Below the pieces are notes generated by a model. It had not been told where the DNA came from. It worked only from the letters and a program-made list of their open reading frames with translations, and ran no database searches. Source: Strigamia acuminata (lineage: Eukaryota). Taken from it: a DNA stretch of 64,000 nucleotides. The stretch covers positions 22,816,001-22,880,000 of the forward strand of contig OX442314.1 in NCBI GenBank assembly GCA_949358305.1, in the 5' to 3' direction. Both the position numbers and the translations under genes were made by a program. Positions 13,189-27,129 of the stretch are shown one piece after another. The first letter of the stretch is position 1. Each line of letters starts with the position of its first letter.

Positions 13189-16100
13189 GTAAGTAAGTGC
13201 AAATAACTCAGGCACACCATACATTTTTTTTTATCTATCTCTTAACTTTTATTTAATTTTTCCCTCCCGTTTATTGCGAATTTAAATTCTCGTACTTCTA
13301 CGCGCAAGTGATTTAACACACGACGGAGTTCAAATTGGATTCAATTTTTCTTGCTTAAAACTGCTAATTTTCCTGACATTTGTTTCGAATTACAGTCGCA
13401 AAGTTGTAGAAGTATTTTCTGGGGAAAACGGTCTGGAAAGTCTTCTAGAACTTTCTAAACGAGGCGTAGCAGTTTGAGATTTTTAGAGAAAAATTTTCTA
13501 CCAAAGTTTGAACAGTTTAATTGAATTTGTTGAACACGAGCCAAACTACTTAACTTTGATTGCTCTAACAAGTGGATCGCTAAAAGAAAAATGTCTCAAT
13601 CAGTAAAAAATCAATTTAAATCAAATATTAATCAAAATTCGCCTGAAATTTACTGAGAAAACGAGGAATTTGTTGTTAAAAACATGTCACTTTATGTTGT
13701 GGACAAATTGATTAACTGTCAACCAACAATGTCGAGCGTAAAATAGATATTACCGTACACACATTTTTAATGACTACAGTAATAGCCTCAAAAATTTGCT
13801 CGCAAAAAAAAGAACCAAAAAATGCACGTCTGGCACAAAAATGTGAAAAATCGAAATCAGAATCAACCACCTTAAGTGAAACGCATTCAAGGTTATTTGG
13901 CAGGTAAAAAGCCAACTCTTTAATCAAGCGACTTTGAAAAACAAGAGGGCTATTTTGGACAAGTATTGTTTACTGTTTTCTCGCAGCCCACACACACCCC
14001 TCTCCCAATGTCCATCTGTTGTCCCCCTTCAACCAAATATAGTATTATTTGTTTGCTGCACATTATTTATAGCCTCCGCTACAAAAGTGTCCAGATGCGG
14101 CAACAGAAGCAACAGCGGCAACGTCCACTCGGTTCCAAAATGCATCTAGTAAACAACAATGCGCACAATTCGGCACAGAGTGGGGAGGGGTCGCCAAGAA
14201 GCAACACAAAGACGTCGCATCTGCTCCTCCAAATTTTCTCATTTACCAGATACTCGCAACTCCAGCGTTTACGACTCACTTCCGGTTGGGTTGCACGAGG
14301 TTTGTTTGGGTAGCCATGTTGCGCCAGATCACGCCCTCGGGCTGGGTTCACCACATCAGCCAATCAATAAGATCGAGACGGGGGTGGCAACCAATGACTG
14401 GTCACTCTTCTTTTTTTATTTATATATTTTTTTAAAAAACTCATTCGATTGGACCCAAAGGGTGGATTAAAAGAGGTAATTCTCCGCCTTATCAATTACC
14501 GACTCAAATTTAATGCATTTTTTTGTGCTTTTCTAGTTGTAAAAATAGCGAAATGTCATTTATTCGGCCATGAATCGTCGTGGAAATGGAATGAATGGGA
14601 TTTAAATCATCCTAAAATGACGTTTGAGGTTAGAAATGTGACATTTCTCAATATTTTAATTCCTGGCGCTATAGAAAAATGGGGGAGGGAGAGTTATCAA
14701 AAATTATCACTGTCGAATGTAACAAAAGCGAGTTAAATGTGTGATGAATTGGTGCAAAACCTATTTCAGGGGGAGGTGTCCTAATTAAAACATGAGATGA
14801 ATTATTATGGCCATAAAAAACCCAAGGCGAAGCGCCAAGTGTCCCTAATCTCAAACTGATACTCACTAATGACCCACAGCCTACACTTGTATTTATTTCT
14901 TGCCTTCAACACTTCATATCTCACACTCCACTCAAATGGCGTAATTACGCTTAACATTACTGATATACACCACTTGAACAACAATGATATCAACTATTCT
15001 TCTACATTAAATTCGACAACTTAATGTTAAACAACTTATTTACACTTTTCGTCAAAAGTTTCTTCACGAGTTTCAATTTAAATACCTTTTAGAAGATGAG
15101 CAATTTCTGATGGATCCATTGTTTCTAACTGTTGCAGGCATAGTGATTTCAGTTCGTGTGTTGACACGTTCTAAAAGAGAATATATATATATAGTCAAAT
15201 CTTGAGAAAATTCGTTTAACTGGATTAATTTTGCAGAAAAACATAAAACAGATGTTTATTTTTTTTAAAATTAAATGTACACTTTGCATGCTGAGTGATG
15301 AGTGTTTAAAAAGTGATTCTGGGACAATAAGATATTAAAAATTTATCATTTTCTCGCTATATAACCGCTATAAAACCGGGTATATCTTCGAAAATAACTC
15401 GATATCTGACAGATCAACTAAAACGAAACGTGTTAAGACGAGAAAAGTTATTTTTTAAATATTTTTAATTCATCTATTAGTTTTTTTTTAATACTTTGTG
15501 TTTTAGGTAACAAAGGGTTTCATTCTAAATTTTGGATTTCCCATTTAGATGGGAATGAATCTTTCAGTTCTCTTTTCCGTTTTCCCCCTTGCACTCCGAG
15601 GTCCGTGAAACTTTTATAAGCAGAAGAGTCCACTGCATATACACACATTTTTTTTCCCTTTTCCTCTTTCTTGCGGACTGGTCGTGCTGCGAAATTCGAT
15701 TGACTGACTTGTGCAGTTGCTAATGAAAGAGCAAACGTAAATTAACCTTTGACATGTCACTTAAAACTCATTTCTAAATGATTTAACGTACGGATAAAAC
15801 GTTAAAAACCGTCATACCCACAATACAATTTAAAATACACATTAAAATATCTAAATCGAACCTTTCTCCAACCAACGATTAATAAAAATTCACACAGACA
15901 CGTTTTTAAATCGAAAAACGAAACAATTTATTTATTTTCGCTCACGAGCCACTCGGGCGCTTTTCTATATCTCTTCAAGGAATATTAATAATGTAACACA
16001 CAAATACAAACAAACAAACAAAAAAAGACACAAAATAAACGTAGTCAAAAGTTAAAGTTGCACAATAACATAAAAACACCTCTGGGGAAATTTTTCCATT

Positions 16101-19100
16101 TCACTTGAACTGCTTCATTGACCACAGACAGGACTGTGCCGGCTAGTGTATGGTGGTAGGGTGAGGAGTAGGAGCTAGATATGTCAATACCCGAGTTATT
16201 AAACTAAACCCCCCACCCCCCTACTCCTTACTCCTTACTCTCTCCCTAAACATTCAATCACTCAGTACGCTTGCGCACTATGTATCAGCATTTGTGACTG
16301 GTTGTCTGACCTGGAGGATGGGGGGTAGGAGTGACCGAAGCCCCGCCTCGCCAATAGCCTGGAATGATTCGTCGATCAGTCGGCGATGGTCCGTCGTGAA
16401 GCTGGACAAGGGCTGAAAAAGCCGTTTAGTCGAGTGGCCCATCTGAAATCACAATTTAGGGTTAGGACTATCAATAATAGATCTTCACATCACATGGGAA
16501 TTGCTCAAGAATGCAGATGGAGTGGGGAGGGAAAATAGAGAAAACAGGAGGAGGGTCATTCATTCGGACAGTGAGTGTGCGAGCGAGGGCCGAGGGGGTC
16601 GGTACATTTTCACTATTTCTTATCTCGGCTCAATTTGCTAAGAGAGGGCCAGCAGGGCTGCCACTGCTTTTCAATGGTACTTTAAAATTCCGTGTCGGTC
16701 GACTGAAGGACTGGCCACGTTTTGGGTGCTCGAGAGCCTGTTTGGAAATTGCTAGAAGAATTGAATAGAATTTTACGAGGTCCCGCAATGCTTTGCTTTG
16801 ACCTGAGAGCAAAAGGTACAGAAAGGGCATGAGGTCGATTCGAATTTCGAAGTGGGTCAACTGGATTCAGTTAGTACTTTGAGCAAATTCTGTACGGAGT
16901 GGACATTTAAATGGAAATAAATAAATAAATAAATAAAATGTTTATTCTAAGTGGGTTTTATTTCGATTTCTTTGTTTACACTGCAGAAAATAAGAAAATA
17001 AGCATTTTGACTTGCATTTGGAATGCTTTTATTTATTTATTTTTCTTTAAAAGTTCAAATTAGTGGGGATCGTGTAGAATTGTGAGTTGGATTCATAAAT
17101 GAAATGTTTATGAGTGTAGCATTTAATATTCTGCATTTATGTTGAAAATAACAGGTCATTAAAGTCTAAAAACTAAATCCACACACGAAAGTGTGAACTT
17201 TTTTAACCTTCAGTTTGGCTACTGAACTTCTATTTTTTTTTGACCGAAATTGACATATTCCCGGTCGATAGTTTGTCCTATATAAGTTTGTTGGGGTGAT
17301 TATTAATCTAAACTAAGTCCTCTTTTAATTGTTAAATTATTTTTTCAACTTTCAACACCATCTTTGATCTACTGATCCATTTATACTTCGTCTTTTTCCG
17401 AAGATTTTTTCGATTTCTTCTTCCGGCTTTTCTCCTGAGTCGAATCTGGCAACATGACGATTTCTTATCCTACAATTTAAAACGAAAAAAAAATCAATCA
17501 ATCTCAAATTTGTCCAAGTTTGACACAAAATAAACAACATAAAGAATTTAAAAGCAGAAAAAAAAAAAAAAAAAAACCAAGTACATAAAAACCACAGAAT
17601 CGAGAATGAGGTGTCCATCTGCGTTGAACACCACAAATCAAGACACACCTACCCTCCCCGCACACCATCAACCCCCTCCCCTGCGCCATGACACCTCAAC
17701 CGCATTCCACAGAATCAAAACAAATCGCCATAGCACCACCTACTGCACTACACTCATTTTTATGACCGCGTCCAAATTAGACGCGCATTCCAAGAAGTGA
17801 AGACTCGTTTCACTGCCATTGAAGACGACAAATGCCGGCCCGAAATTACGACTGCGTTTGTTGTTGGCTCAAAATTCCACTTAGAGTGAGTGACACACGA
17901 GCCGAATTGTTGACAGCTCGCATCCAAAACACTTTGTTCGCAACAATTATTATTTGTTACGCCGTTACATCGAGAAATATATGCAGCATGGACGATTAAA
18001 CCTACGCGATGTTTTATGCTCCTCTCAAATTATACAGCAAAATGTAATATTTCTAATTGCCAAAGAAATGTATTGTGGGTAACGTGATTTCTGCTATTAA
18101 TATATCTTTTTAATGGCAAAACAGAGAAACTAATTACGAATAATTGTAATGTACAAATTATACGTTTTTAAAATGATAAAAAAGACAAATAGATAAATGT
18201 TTGTTTTGTTTTTCGCCCAAAGTCCATTTATATTTATTCAACAAATTGTGAGTGCAAATAAACAGCAAAAAATGATGGAACGAATGTCGATAGCTCGATT
18301 AAAATTGTTAGAAAAAATAATGCTAGAAAATTTGAGATTAAAAATTATATTTTAAAAGAAAAGAAAAAAAATTTAATTATAGGGTTAATTTTTTATTTTG
18401 TTCCATTTTTCAATTTAGATCCGATTCTAATAATAAATGTATTAAACGTCATTTGAAATAGCAGTATCACTGTTTCAATATATCCAGTGAGCAATTATTT
18501 GCAATGGAGCTGCTGGGTTGAATCATGTCTTATTTCATTGGTTAAGGTGTGGGCCAACTGTCGTCATGACAACACCATTTTCACCCACCACCCTATCAAT
18601 CGTGACACCACCGCACAATTTTAGTCCCCGAAATTTCTCATTTCAAGCCGACAACCAATCAAATTTATTTGATTTATACGTATAGGGGAGAAAAAAAAAT
18701 GGCGGCGTGGGGAAAACACGACCCAAAAAAACGAAAGAAAAATAAACAAAATTGTGCAAATCGTCATGGAAACCAGAAAAATCGTCAAAAACTAAATAAA
18801 ACGCCGAAAAATGTGATCGCCGAGCTTAATGAGGCCGAGTCCCAAAGGAGTTGGTGCTCTTTTGACTAATGGCCTTCACTCAGTTGAAGGTAAGGGTGGG
18901 TGTGGGGTGGGAAATGAGTGGGGGAAAGAAGGAAAGGGGGGTGATGTCCGTTCCTATCTATTGATTGGCTGCCGGGTCTCGTGGTCCCAAACCTAGAGCC
19001 AAGAAGGGAGGCAAAGGAAAGTGAGATTAGGTTGTGAGCAGGCATTGGAGGGTGAAGACTGAGCCAAGGAAGTGGACAAAAGTGAGTCAGTTGACTCGTC

Positions 19101-20432
19101 CATCTGATAAATAAATGGACAAGAATGGAGCTGGACATTGCTGAGTCCGACTGAGGGGTTTACTAACATTCAAAGGAGTTTTCGTGTTGGGATTTCAATT
19201 TGGTCATCCGTTGGCCGAAGGAAGTGTTTTGTGGTTTAGAAAACGTTGGATTTTGTATTTTGCCGCTTGTTTTGCGGAGAATTTAACGTTTCACGTTTGC
19301 GTTTAGCAATTAAATGTCAATTTTTGGTCAATTAATGTTTACAAATGTGGATATTTACAAGTTGTAGTTTAGTATCGACGAATTATTGTCATTTTTTGCT
19401 TGTATACTTGAATTCAAGGGGCAACATGTTTTTAAGTGATTATGTGTGCTTAGTGCAAAATGTAAGTATACAGGTCGATTGATGTCTATTTTTATTTTTT
19501 TATTTAGCTGACAGACAAAATTTTTTTTGTTTTAAAAAAAAAGCGAGAGAAAACAAAACCGATGACGAGTAAATTGTGTATCTATGACAGCATTGCATTT
19601 CTCTCTCCTGCCTTGGGAAATCACAGGTTTCTGATTGGTTGTCATTCAAACTATATTTCTATGGCTTTTCCAAATTAAATTCGTTGACTGCCCACTTTTG
19701 CCTTGAAATTGCAGTTTTTTTCCTTTCTATTTTTCTTCTTTACCGTTCGAATAAAATTAAAAACAAATTTCTAAATAATAAACACACGAACTTTCACGTA
19801 AATTTTACATAAGAATAAAATAAACTAAAACGTCAAAACAGATTTTTATAAAAAAAAAATATTTTTTCTATTACTAACCAGCTAACAATTTCAAACTGTA
19901 CCCTAAACCTAACAGCATTCAAAGTCCTTTAGACTATTCGTCACCACACAGAACCTTTGACCTCATTTCTTTGTCCAGCTTTCATGAATGGATAGAATCG
20001 ACATTTCCAATACCAATATTTCACTCATTCCATCTAACCACAGCATCATTCCACACAATAAATCCATTGTCTACCGAAATCTACAAATTAATTAATTCTT
20101 TTTTTTTAATAATAAAACACCACATTTTTTTATATCCCTTTCCAGCCCCAATATACAATTTATGACCTTATTTTGTGGTTACGCACACACAATAAGTGCA
20201 CGCTTCCGGTCAAAACTAAATTCTAACAATAATTTCCAATTGTTGCAGAATCGATCCCCCAAAAAAGAAGAAAAAAACAATGGGCGAGGAATGTAAATGA
20301 AAAGTTTGCACCGGTAAAAGATTGTTTGAAGTGTGGGCAAGAGACAGTGAAATGCTTTATCTTTGCAGCCCTCACGATTCGGATTAAGAGAGCAATCAAG
20401 CAAATGAACACGTTACACCGTTGTCTGCTCTT

Positions 20433-20446
20433 GTTTCCATGGCAAC
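20433..20446. promoter_or_regulatory. RFX X-box
   Basis: GTTTCCATGGCAAC fits the X-box consensus GTHNYY-AT-RRNAAC. An ETS site, CACTTCCGGT, lies nearby at 20523. Confidence 0.55.
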
Positions 20447-21261
20447 AACTGATGCACGACTACACACTGATTTCAACAAGGGGGTGGTGCGGCAAAAAAC
20501 TTGCTAAACATGTCATGCACTTCACTTCCGGTCACAGATTCTTATACGTTACAAATCTTTCTTTTTTTCCTTCTGCATTTAGCAAAGGGGATGCGTGTGA
20601 TCGTGTTCGCGTCTGAGCCGTGTAATTGAAATTTGGTTGAAAATGAAGAAAAAAAACGCCGTCTGTTGGCATTAATGTCAAGGATCTGGTTATGTAAGGT
20701 GGCGCATTGTGTTGGAAACGGAGGGCAGAATACACGTAACCTGCCACCCCGCGCTTTTTTTTTTACAAGCATCAAAAACCAGTTCTTTGTGTCGAGGGGA
20801 GTGAGGTGTCCAAACATGAGCCTCCAAATCACCCCGGTGACCTTTTTTTTGCTCCACAGGGAGGGTGTTGAATAAGCCGCTTAAAAAGTGAACAGCCGCA
20901 GGTCAACAATAAAACTGCAATTGAATGGGGGGACAAAAAAGTCGAAAGGAACCCTCCGCCTTCCAATTAGAAATGAACCCCGAGACAAGTTTTTCCGTCC
21001 GGGTTTGCGCGCTGATTTCAATTTTTTTTTCAATTTTTTTTTTAAATTTTAATTTTTTTTAGGTTATTAAATATTAAATTACCAAACACACGACTGAAAA
21101 AATCGGTCATGTAAACCACAAACCGTAAACAGGACTCTAGAAACTATAAATTGAGTTGCATTGCATCAGATTTAATAATAAAGATTTTTATTTATTTTTT
21201 TCTATAGGTATTATTTACAATTTAAACACAAAATTGTAGAGGAAAATTGATTCCTCCAAAA

Positions 21262-21466
21262 CAGGGAGGGGTTCCCATACTTTTTAGCATCGCGACCCAT
21301 TTTTAAGCAAGGCGATCTTCCGCATTAAATTTTTCAAAAATAAACTATACTAAAAAGAAAAAAAGAAATTTTTATATAATTTTGCATAAAATTTTACATA
21401 AATTTGCAAAAAAAAGCTTGTCCTATTTAGGCGTGTGTCAGGGTGCGCACAGTTTGGGAAACACTG
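21262..21466. mobile_element. hAT (Charlie-like) non-autonomous MITE
   Basis: Identical 8-bp target-site duplication CTCCAAAA at 21254-21261 and 21467-21474. Left end CAG(GGAG)GGGTTCCCATACT and right end AGTTTGGGAAACACTG resemble Charlie-type TIRs. Confidence 0.85.
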
Positions 21467-21533
21467 CTCCAAAATATTACATTAAACCGCAAATTCGAAT
21501 AGCGAAATCAACAAAGTCCCCTACAGAGCGGCG

Positions 21534-21536
<3 letters not shown>

Positions 21537-21600
<64 letters not shown>
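21537..21600. repeat. (TA)32 microsatellite
   Basis: Uninterrupted TA run. Confidence 0.97.
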
Positions 21601-21602
<2 letters not shown>

Positions 21603-24600
21603 CAACAAATTTCGCTGCATACCACGAGCAATGGCGCAAATAATGGAGATTGAATACCGCTAAGACAGTTAGAGCAACGTATCATTTCTATAACATCGAT
21701 ATAGCAATATTAAAAAAAAGAAAAATCTACTTTTTTTTTTCCTTCTTCTTTTTTTTCTTCCCCACCTCCACTTCAATAAAATTCGAGAGATGATACAGAG
21801 TTCGTCGAGAAGAGTGTTTTGTTCCCTTGGGAACGCATAGATGCTGCTCCGAGGGAGATGGTCCCATTACGCCCCACCCGCCTCAGCCACCTTATTGAAT
21901 TTTTTTTGGAAGGCGAAACACTTTGGTCCGATATTCTTGCGGCCAGCCATTACAGCACCCAATAAAACATTGGACTATTGCCGCCATGATAACCAGTGGA
22001 TAAAAATGGAGAAGGGTGGATGTTTGGCGCGTGTCTTTGTATCCCAATGAGCGTGGAAGAGGCTATTTTAGAATTGTGTGCACATCGCCTTGGTCTGCTA
22101 ACAAAATTAGGTTTTCATTGGGCTTAGTGGATTTACAGTGGATGGTTGGCGGGCTTTAATCGAGGTTGTGAAAAATAAAAGCTGATTAAGTCGTAAAAAA
22201 AAGCAAAGGCAGATGGTGAAAAGGCATCTGGACTTTAGAAAAATTTGATTTTCACACCATGTGTTGCTGTCCACTCCACGTACGGGAAAAGTAAAACAAT
22301 AATAAAATATAAAATCCGCTTCAAAGTTCTCCTTTATGGCTGCAATAACTTTTTTAATGTTTGCTTTTATTGAGACTCCAAAGTGGACTGTAAATGACCG
22401 CCTTTTGGTTGCTTTCACTGCATTGCTTTAATATATATGTTTATCTTTATAATACGCCAACGATTCAGCATCAACAATTTTTAACTTTTTTTCTATAAAG
22501 TAATATTATTTATTTATTGTAATTAAGGCAATTGAAGTTTAGTCGCAAACTGCGTGTATATATACGTCAAAATGACAGTTGTCAACCTATACAGGACTGG
22601 TGGATGGTCCTTGTAATTAATAACAATGAGTGACAAGTAGCTTATTAAGATATTAGTACACACTTGGAGCAAAGAAGTGGAATAAATGCAACGATACATC
22701 ATCAGTCGAGGCGTGAACATAGCAACAGTGCATCGTGACCACCTGCTATACTCATCAACGAAAACAAACGAATCAAAAGAGCAAAAATCCGATTCAATAT
22801 TCAGCCCAAGTTTTGTTTACACATTTTTTTTATATATAAGCTTATAAAAATAATAATAAAAAAGTCAATGATTCAAAGTAAAACTCGTTTGCTCTCTTAT
22901 TTATGTCTGTGTAACAATAATAATATTGGTGTTGTTAAGATAAAATTGACAGTTTTCAAGCAACAAGGAAACTATGTAAAAATTTGATAGATTTACAACA
23001 TTTATTAACTTGTAATTTCAAGCTAATAATTGCCTCAACATGTCAAAATCAACCGGCAGCGACGACATATTTTACTGCCGCTGCGCGGTGAAGCCGAACT
23101 ATTTTCGCTGCAATTCATTTTACAACGGCCTGGCGGGGAGGAGGTTATTTACCTTTTAGAACCGGTGGACTTTTGTCACATAGCAGATGTTCACTTGTCG
23201 TGTTTAAGTCCACGACTAAAGTTTGCAGTTAAAAATAAAACAGATCCCGTTGTCGTAGGCCTAGCGGGAGGTTTTGATTTGCACTCACGCAAAGATCAAA
23301 GACGCAAAGATGAAAATGAAACATCAGTGTTTGAATTTGGTGTTGAATGATTCAACTTTGACGAATAGGAGTCGAAAGAAGAAGCAAAATGGACGAAGTT
23401 CGGGATAAAAAATAAAATATTAGCGCGGCGAAGGTAAATTCAGAGCAAACAAGGCGAATGTTTATTGTTTTGCGTTGTAATTTATTGCTCAACTCATGAC
23501 AAATTACTATCATTTGATGTTAAGTTTATGAGTCAAAAACAATTGATGGACGCCTTCTTTTAGTGTCATTTTGCTGTTTGTTAGCTCAAAATAAATATTA
23601 AATTTGTCATGGGTTTTCATCGTGTGTAACGACTAAAGTCGTAATATTTTGTAAATGTTGTTTACGTTAAAAATTATATCACTAAATTTTATGTGTCAAT
23701 TCTGTGTACAGTAGTTTGTCTACAAGATTTGGTGAACAAAATGTGTTTTTTTTTTTGTCTATGTACATTTTTTGTCACCAGGAAGAACGGGGGGCGCATC
23801 TCTAATTTCTAAATATTTATATTGTGTTTAAAAAGAAATAATATTGCCGGCACTTCCTATTGGAATACCAGACAGAAATGTTTAAATCGTATTTTTTCGA
23901 CTATTTATTGTTTTATGCAAAATTTCAAGGTCCCTGACGAAATTTTAAAAAGCAAACGTTTGGTCTTGTTGAACCAAAGAAAATTTATCGAATTTCGAAA
24001 TTTTAGTCAACCAATTATAATTATACCAATTATACCAAACAAAAAAATCAAATTTTTCATTCAAATTTATTTTCTGGTGAAGCGCAGGAAAGCTCCAGGG
24101 GCAGCAGACAAAACCAGCTGAAAAATGCACAGATTTTTTAGCCATAACCGTGAGAAAAAAAAACAAAAAACATATATGAAAGCAATTCACGACAAATTGC
24201 GCATTTCATTTGACATTTGTCTTTATTATATTTAATTCAAACTCAAAACTATTTCTATTATGCCCTTTGCGCCATTTTTCTCCTCAGCGGTTTCATTCAT
24301 CCGCTTCTTTTGCGCCGAACTGCGCGCACACATTCATGTCAATTTAAAAAATAAAAAATAAAAACCAAAATGTATTTAAACCCATTTACGTCACAATTTT
24401 GCACACGAAAATTACAGACTACTCCAGAAACGCGCTCGCTTTCCCTCTTTTGAACCGACGAAGGCGAACTCGAGCTCTTTTCTTTAAAACCGGCACATGT
24501 CAGAAATGCAAACCTGTGGTTACAAAGAAAGCTTTCATCGAGACATTTCCTCCTGACCTTTCTTTCATTCGCCCTCTGTATCCCTACCCCCGGATCACGA

Positions 24601-26742
24601 AATATAGTTGTGTCGCAAGGTGCCGAGTTTGTCCTAACATTTCTTTTTCCAAAACCAACGATAAATGTTTGTAATATTTTCCCACAATAAGTTACCAACT
24701 TCCAACTTCCAACTGTGCAAATTTGAAATCTTTCGTCCGTACAAATACAGTTCGGGCGATGAGAAAAATGTGCTGGAACTTAATTAAACTGGTAATTTAC
24801 GAAGTCGCGCCTCGAACAACTTAATTCCTCTCCAGCTTTGCCTCACTTGACAGGTTGTCTACCTGAGTGTCTATTTATAGAACGTGTTCCTATCACCTGC
24901 AAGTGACGGCCAAAAACCCCTCAAGATTTCCCCTTCCCCCAAACACCTGTCAAGTCGGCCAACAACAAACATCCAACCGGCTGAGACCGAGAGTGAAGAG
25001 TGAATCTGAGCACGGTTCGTGACAACTAAAAAAGCACCTCTCCGCTATTATATACCTTGTTGGGAAAAAAGCAATATTGTTAATTACTTAATTTTTAAGT
25101 TCAAAATTACAGGAAGTGGATAATTACGGCTGTCAGTCTGACTCGCGTCCCGTTTTATGTTCAAAACTGATTGCGGGTTTCGAATTTGGGAAAAATGATT
25201 CAACACTTGTTTATCTCGAGCTTGAAATACAAAATTGTCCACATAATTGTGGTGTGTGTAAGGGATGTTAAATTAAATTGTAGGGTCGCGATGGGTGCAC
25301 GTTGTTGGTCAGTTTCTGGGAACTGGTTTCCAAGAAAGGCTGAAAAATTCTACACAGGTGTTCTTGCAATGGACACGGTTAGCTGCTTTTCGATTCCGCT
25401 CATCCGAAGCAAATAAAATTAAGCAAACAAGGAAGATTTGCTCCATTTCAAATACATGTAGCGGTAAACACATATGCAGACAACAAATAAATTTACTCAA
25501 TCAAATTTTTGAAGAATTTGTGCGCAATTCTCGATCTTGGTCATTCGGTGAACTAACATTGAAAAACAACCGACATCTCGGACGTATATTCCCTAGACGT
25601 GTTGTAAACCGAAGGAAAAGAAGAAATACTACACCAATAGCGATAGATAATAATGAATCGTCCAAAAAAGAGTGATGCCGTGTAGGAAAGCCAACTAACT
25701 ATAACATTTACTCAAAATGTGTCATTTTAAGTGATATATATTGAATAAACAGTTAACTAAACTTGAAAAATAAATGAGATTTTTACAATTCGGCATTTGT
25801 GGTGATGTAATTTTGATTTTCCAAAAAAACCGCAAACTGTGTGTAACATTTTCGTCGTTTATCATTATTTTTTGTATACTTATAAATCATACATTCACCA
25901 CAAAATTACATTTATCTCAATTAACTCTAAGTTCCAAAGAGATGATTTCATTCCTTCCAAACTTTGATAACAAGCAGTTGGTCGTTATTGTATTTGAAGT
26001 CTGTTTTTGACATTCCTCTCAAGGCATCTTTAGAAGCGCTATGATGGCTACATCCGGGCCTCGAGTAAAGGAGGGGAAAGGTGGAAGTGGATTTGCAATA
26101 ATGCACTTTTTGTAGGTTTTCCTGGGAAGACATATATATTGAAAAGCATTTCCATTGAATCCAATCCAGACATCTGGAAAGCATGTTGCAATAATAAATA
26201 AAAATAAAAAAAGTAAATTAAACCAAATCATAAATACACCACTTTAGTGGCAAATTTTATCGAATGCATTCTGTACAAACAAGGATGTTTGTATTGTTGA
26301 ATTCGTCGAATGTGCTTTGTCCGCAACATTTGCCACAGAGCTTCATCGTGATTAATTATGAGGAAAATACTTTTTTTCTTTTCATTGGAATACATTTGTC
26401 AGGTATAAAATAAATTGAAGTAGCATAATATTGACAACAACTCATTGTCACATTTTTTCCTCCTTTCAAAGTGACTTTAACAACCAAATCAACCAATATC
26501 AACCTCTATTTCCGCTTTTTTTTCTATACTTTCATTTCATTTCAATCCAAAATGTCACCCAACACAACAAAAGACAATACCGCGCTAAATTCTATATATA
26601 ACCCAAAAACCTTATAAGTTTGGGGGATTTACAGATATAAAGAGACCAATAGGATTTAAGGAGGGTGGGGTCTAAAAACCACATGCATGACTCATTGCAG
26701 ACTCTAAAAATAGCTCTAGAGATCATGAACAAAAACAAGATG

Positions 26743-27129
26743 AAATTTCAGACCCATGAATCTGTTTTTAGTGAATTTCAGCTTTCCAACAACTTAAAAC
26801 GTTACATTTCCAAGAAAAATTGATGTTAAAAACAACATCTTCGACTAAAATCGGCATTTTGTTGTTGAGATGTCGTGCGCATGCCCACTGCGACTGAAAA
26901 GACTAAATCAATCGCCATTTTAAAATTACTTTGACAAAATTTCAGACCCATGAATCGTTGTAGAGAATCTGTTTTTAGTGAATTTCAGCTTTCCAACAAC
27001 TTAAAACGTTACATTTCCAAGAAAACTCGACGTTAAAAACAACATTTTCGACTAAAATCGACATTTTGTTGTTGAGAAACGACTTATAAACAGACTAAAT
27101 CAATCGCCATTTTAAAATTACTTCGACAA
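26743..27129. repeat. Tandem duplication of about 194 bp (2 copies)
   Basis: Copies begin AAATTTCAGACCCATGAATC at 26743 and 26937 and are nearly identical apart from two indel regions and a few substitutions. Confidence 0.92.

Noticed and set aside
21382..21663. ORF with poly-(IY), and ERER/SLSL ORFs near 10.3-10.7 kb
   Set aside because: Translation of microsatellites.
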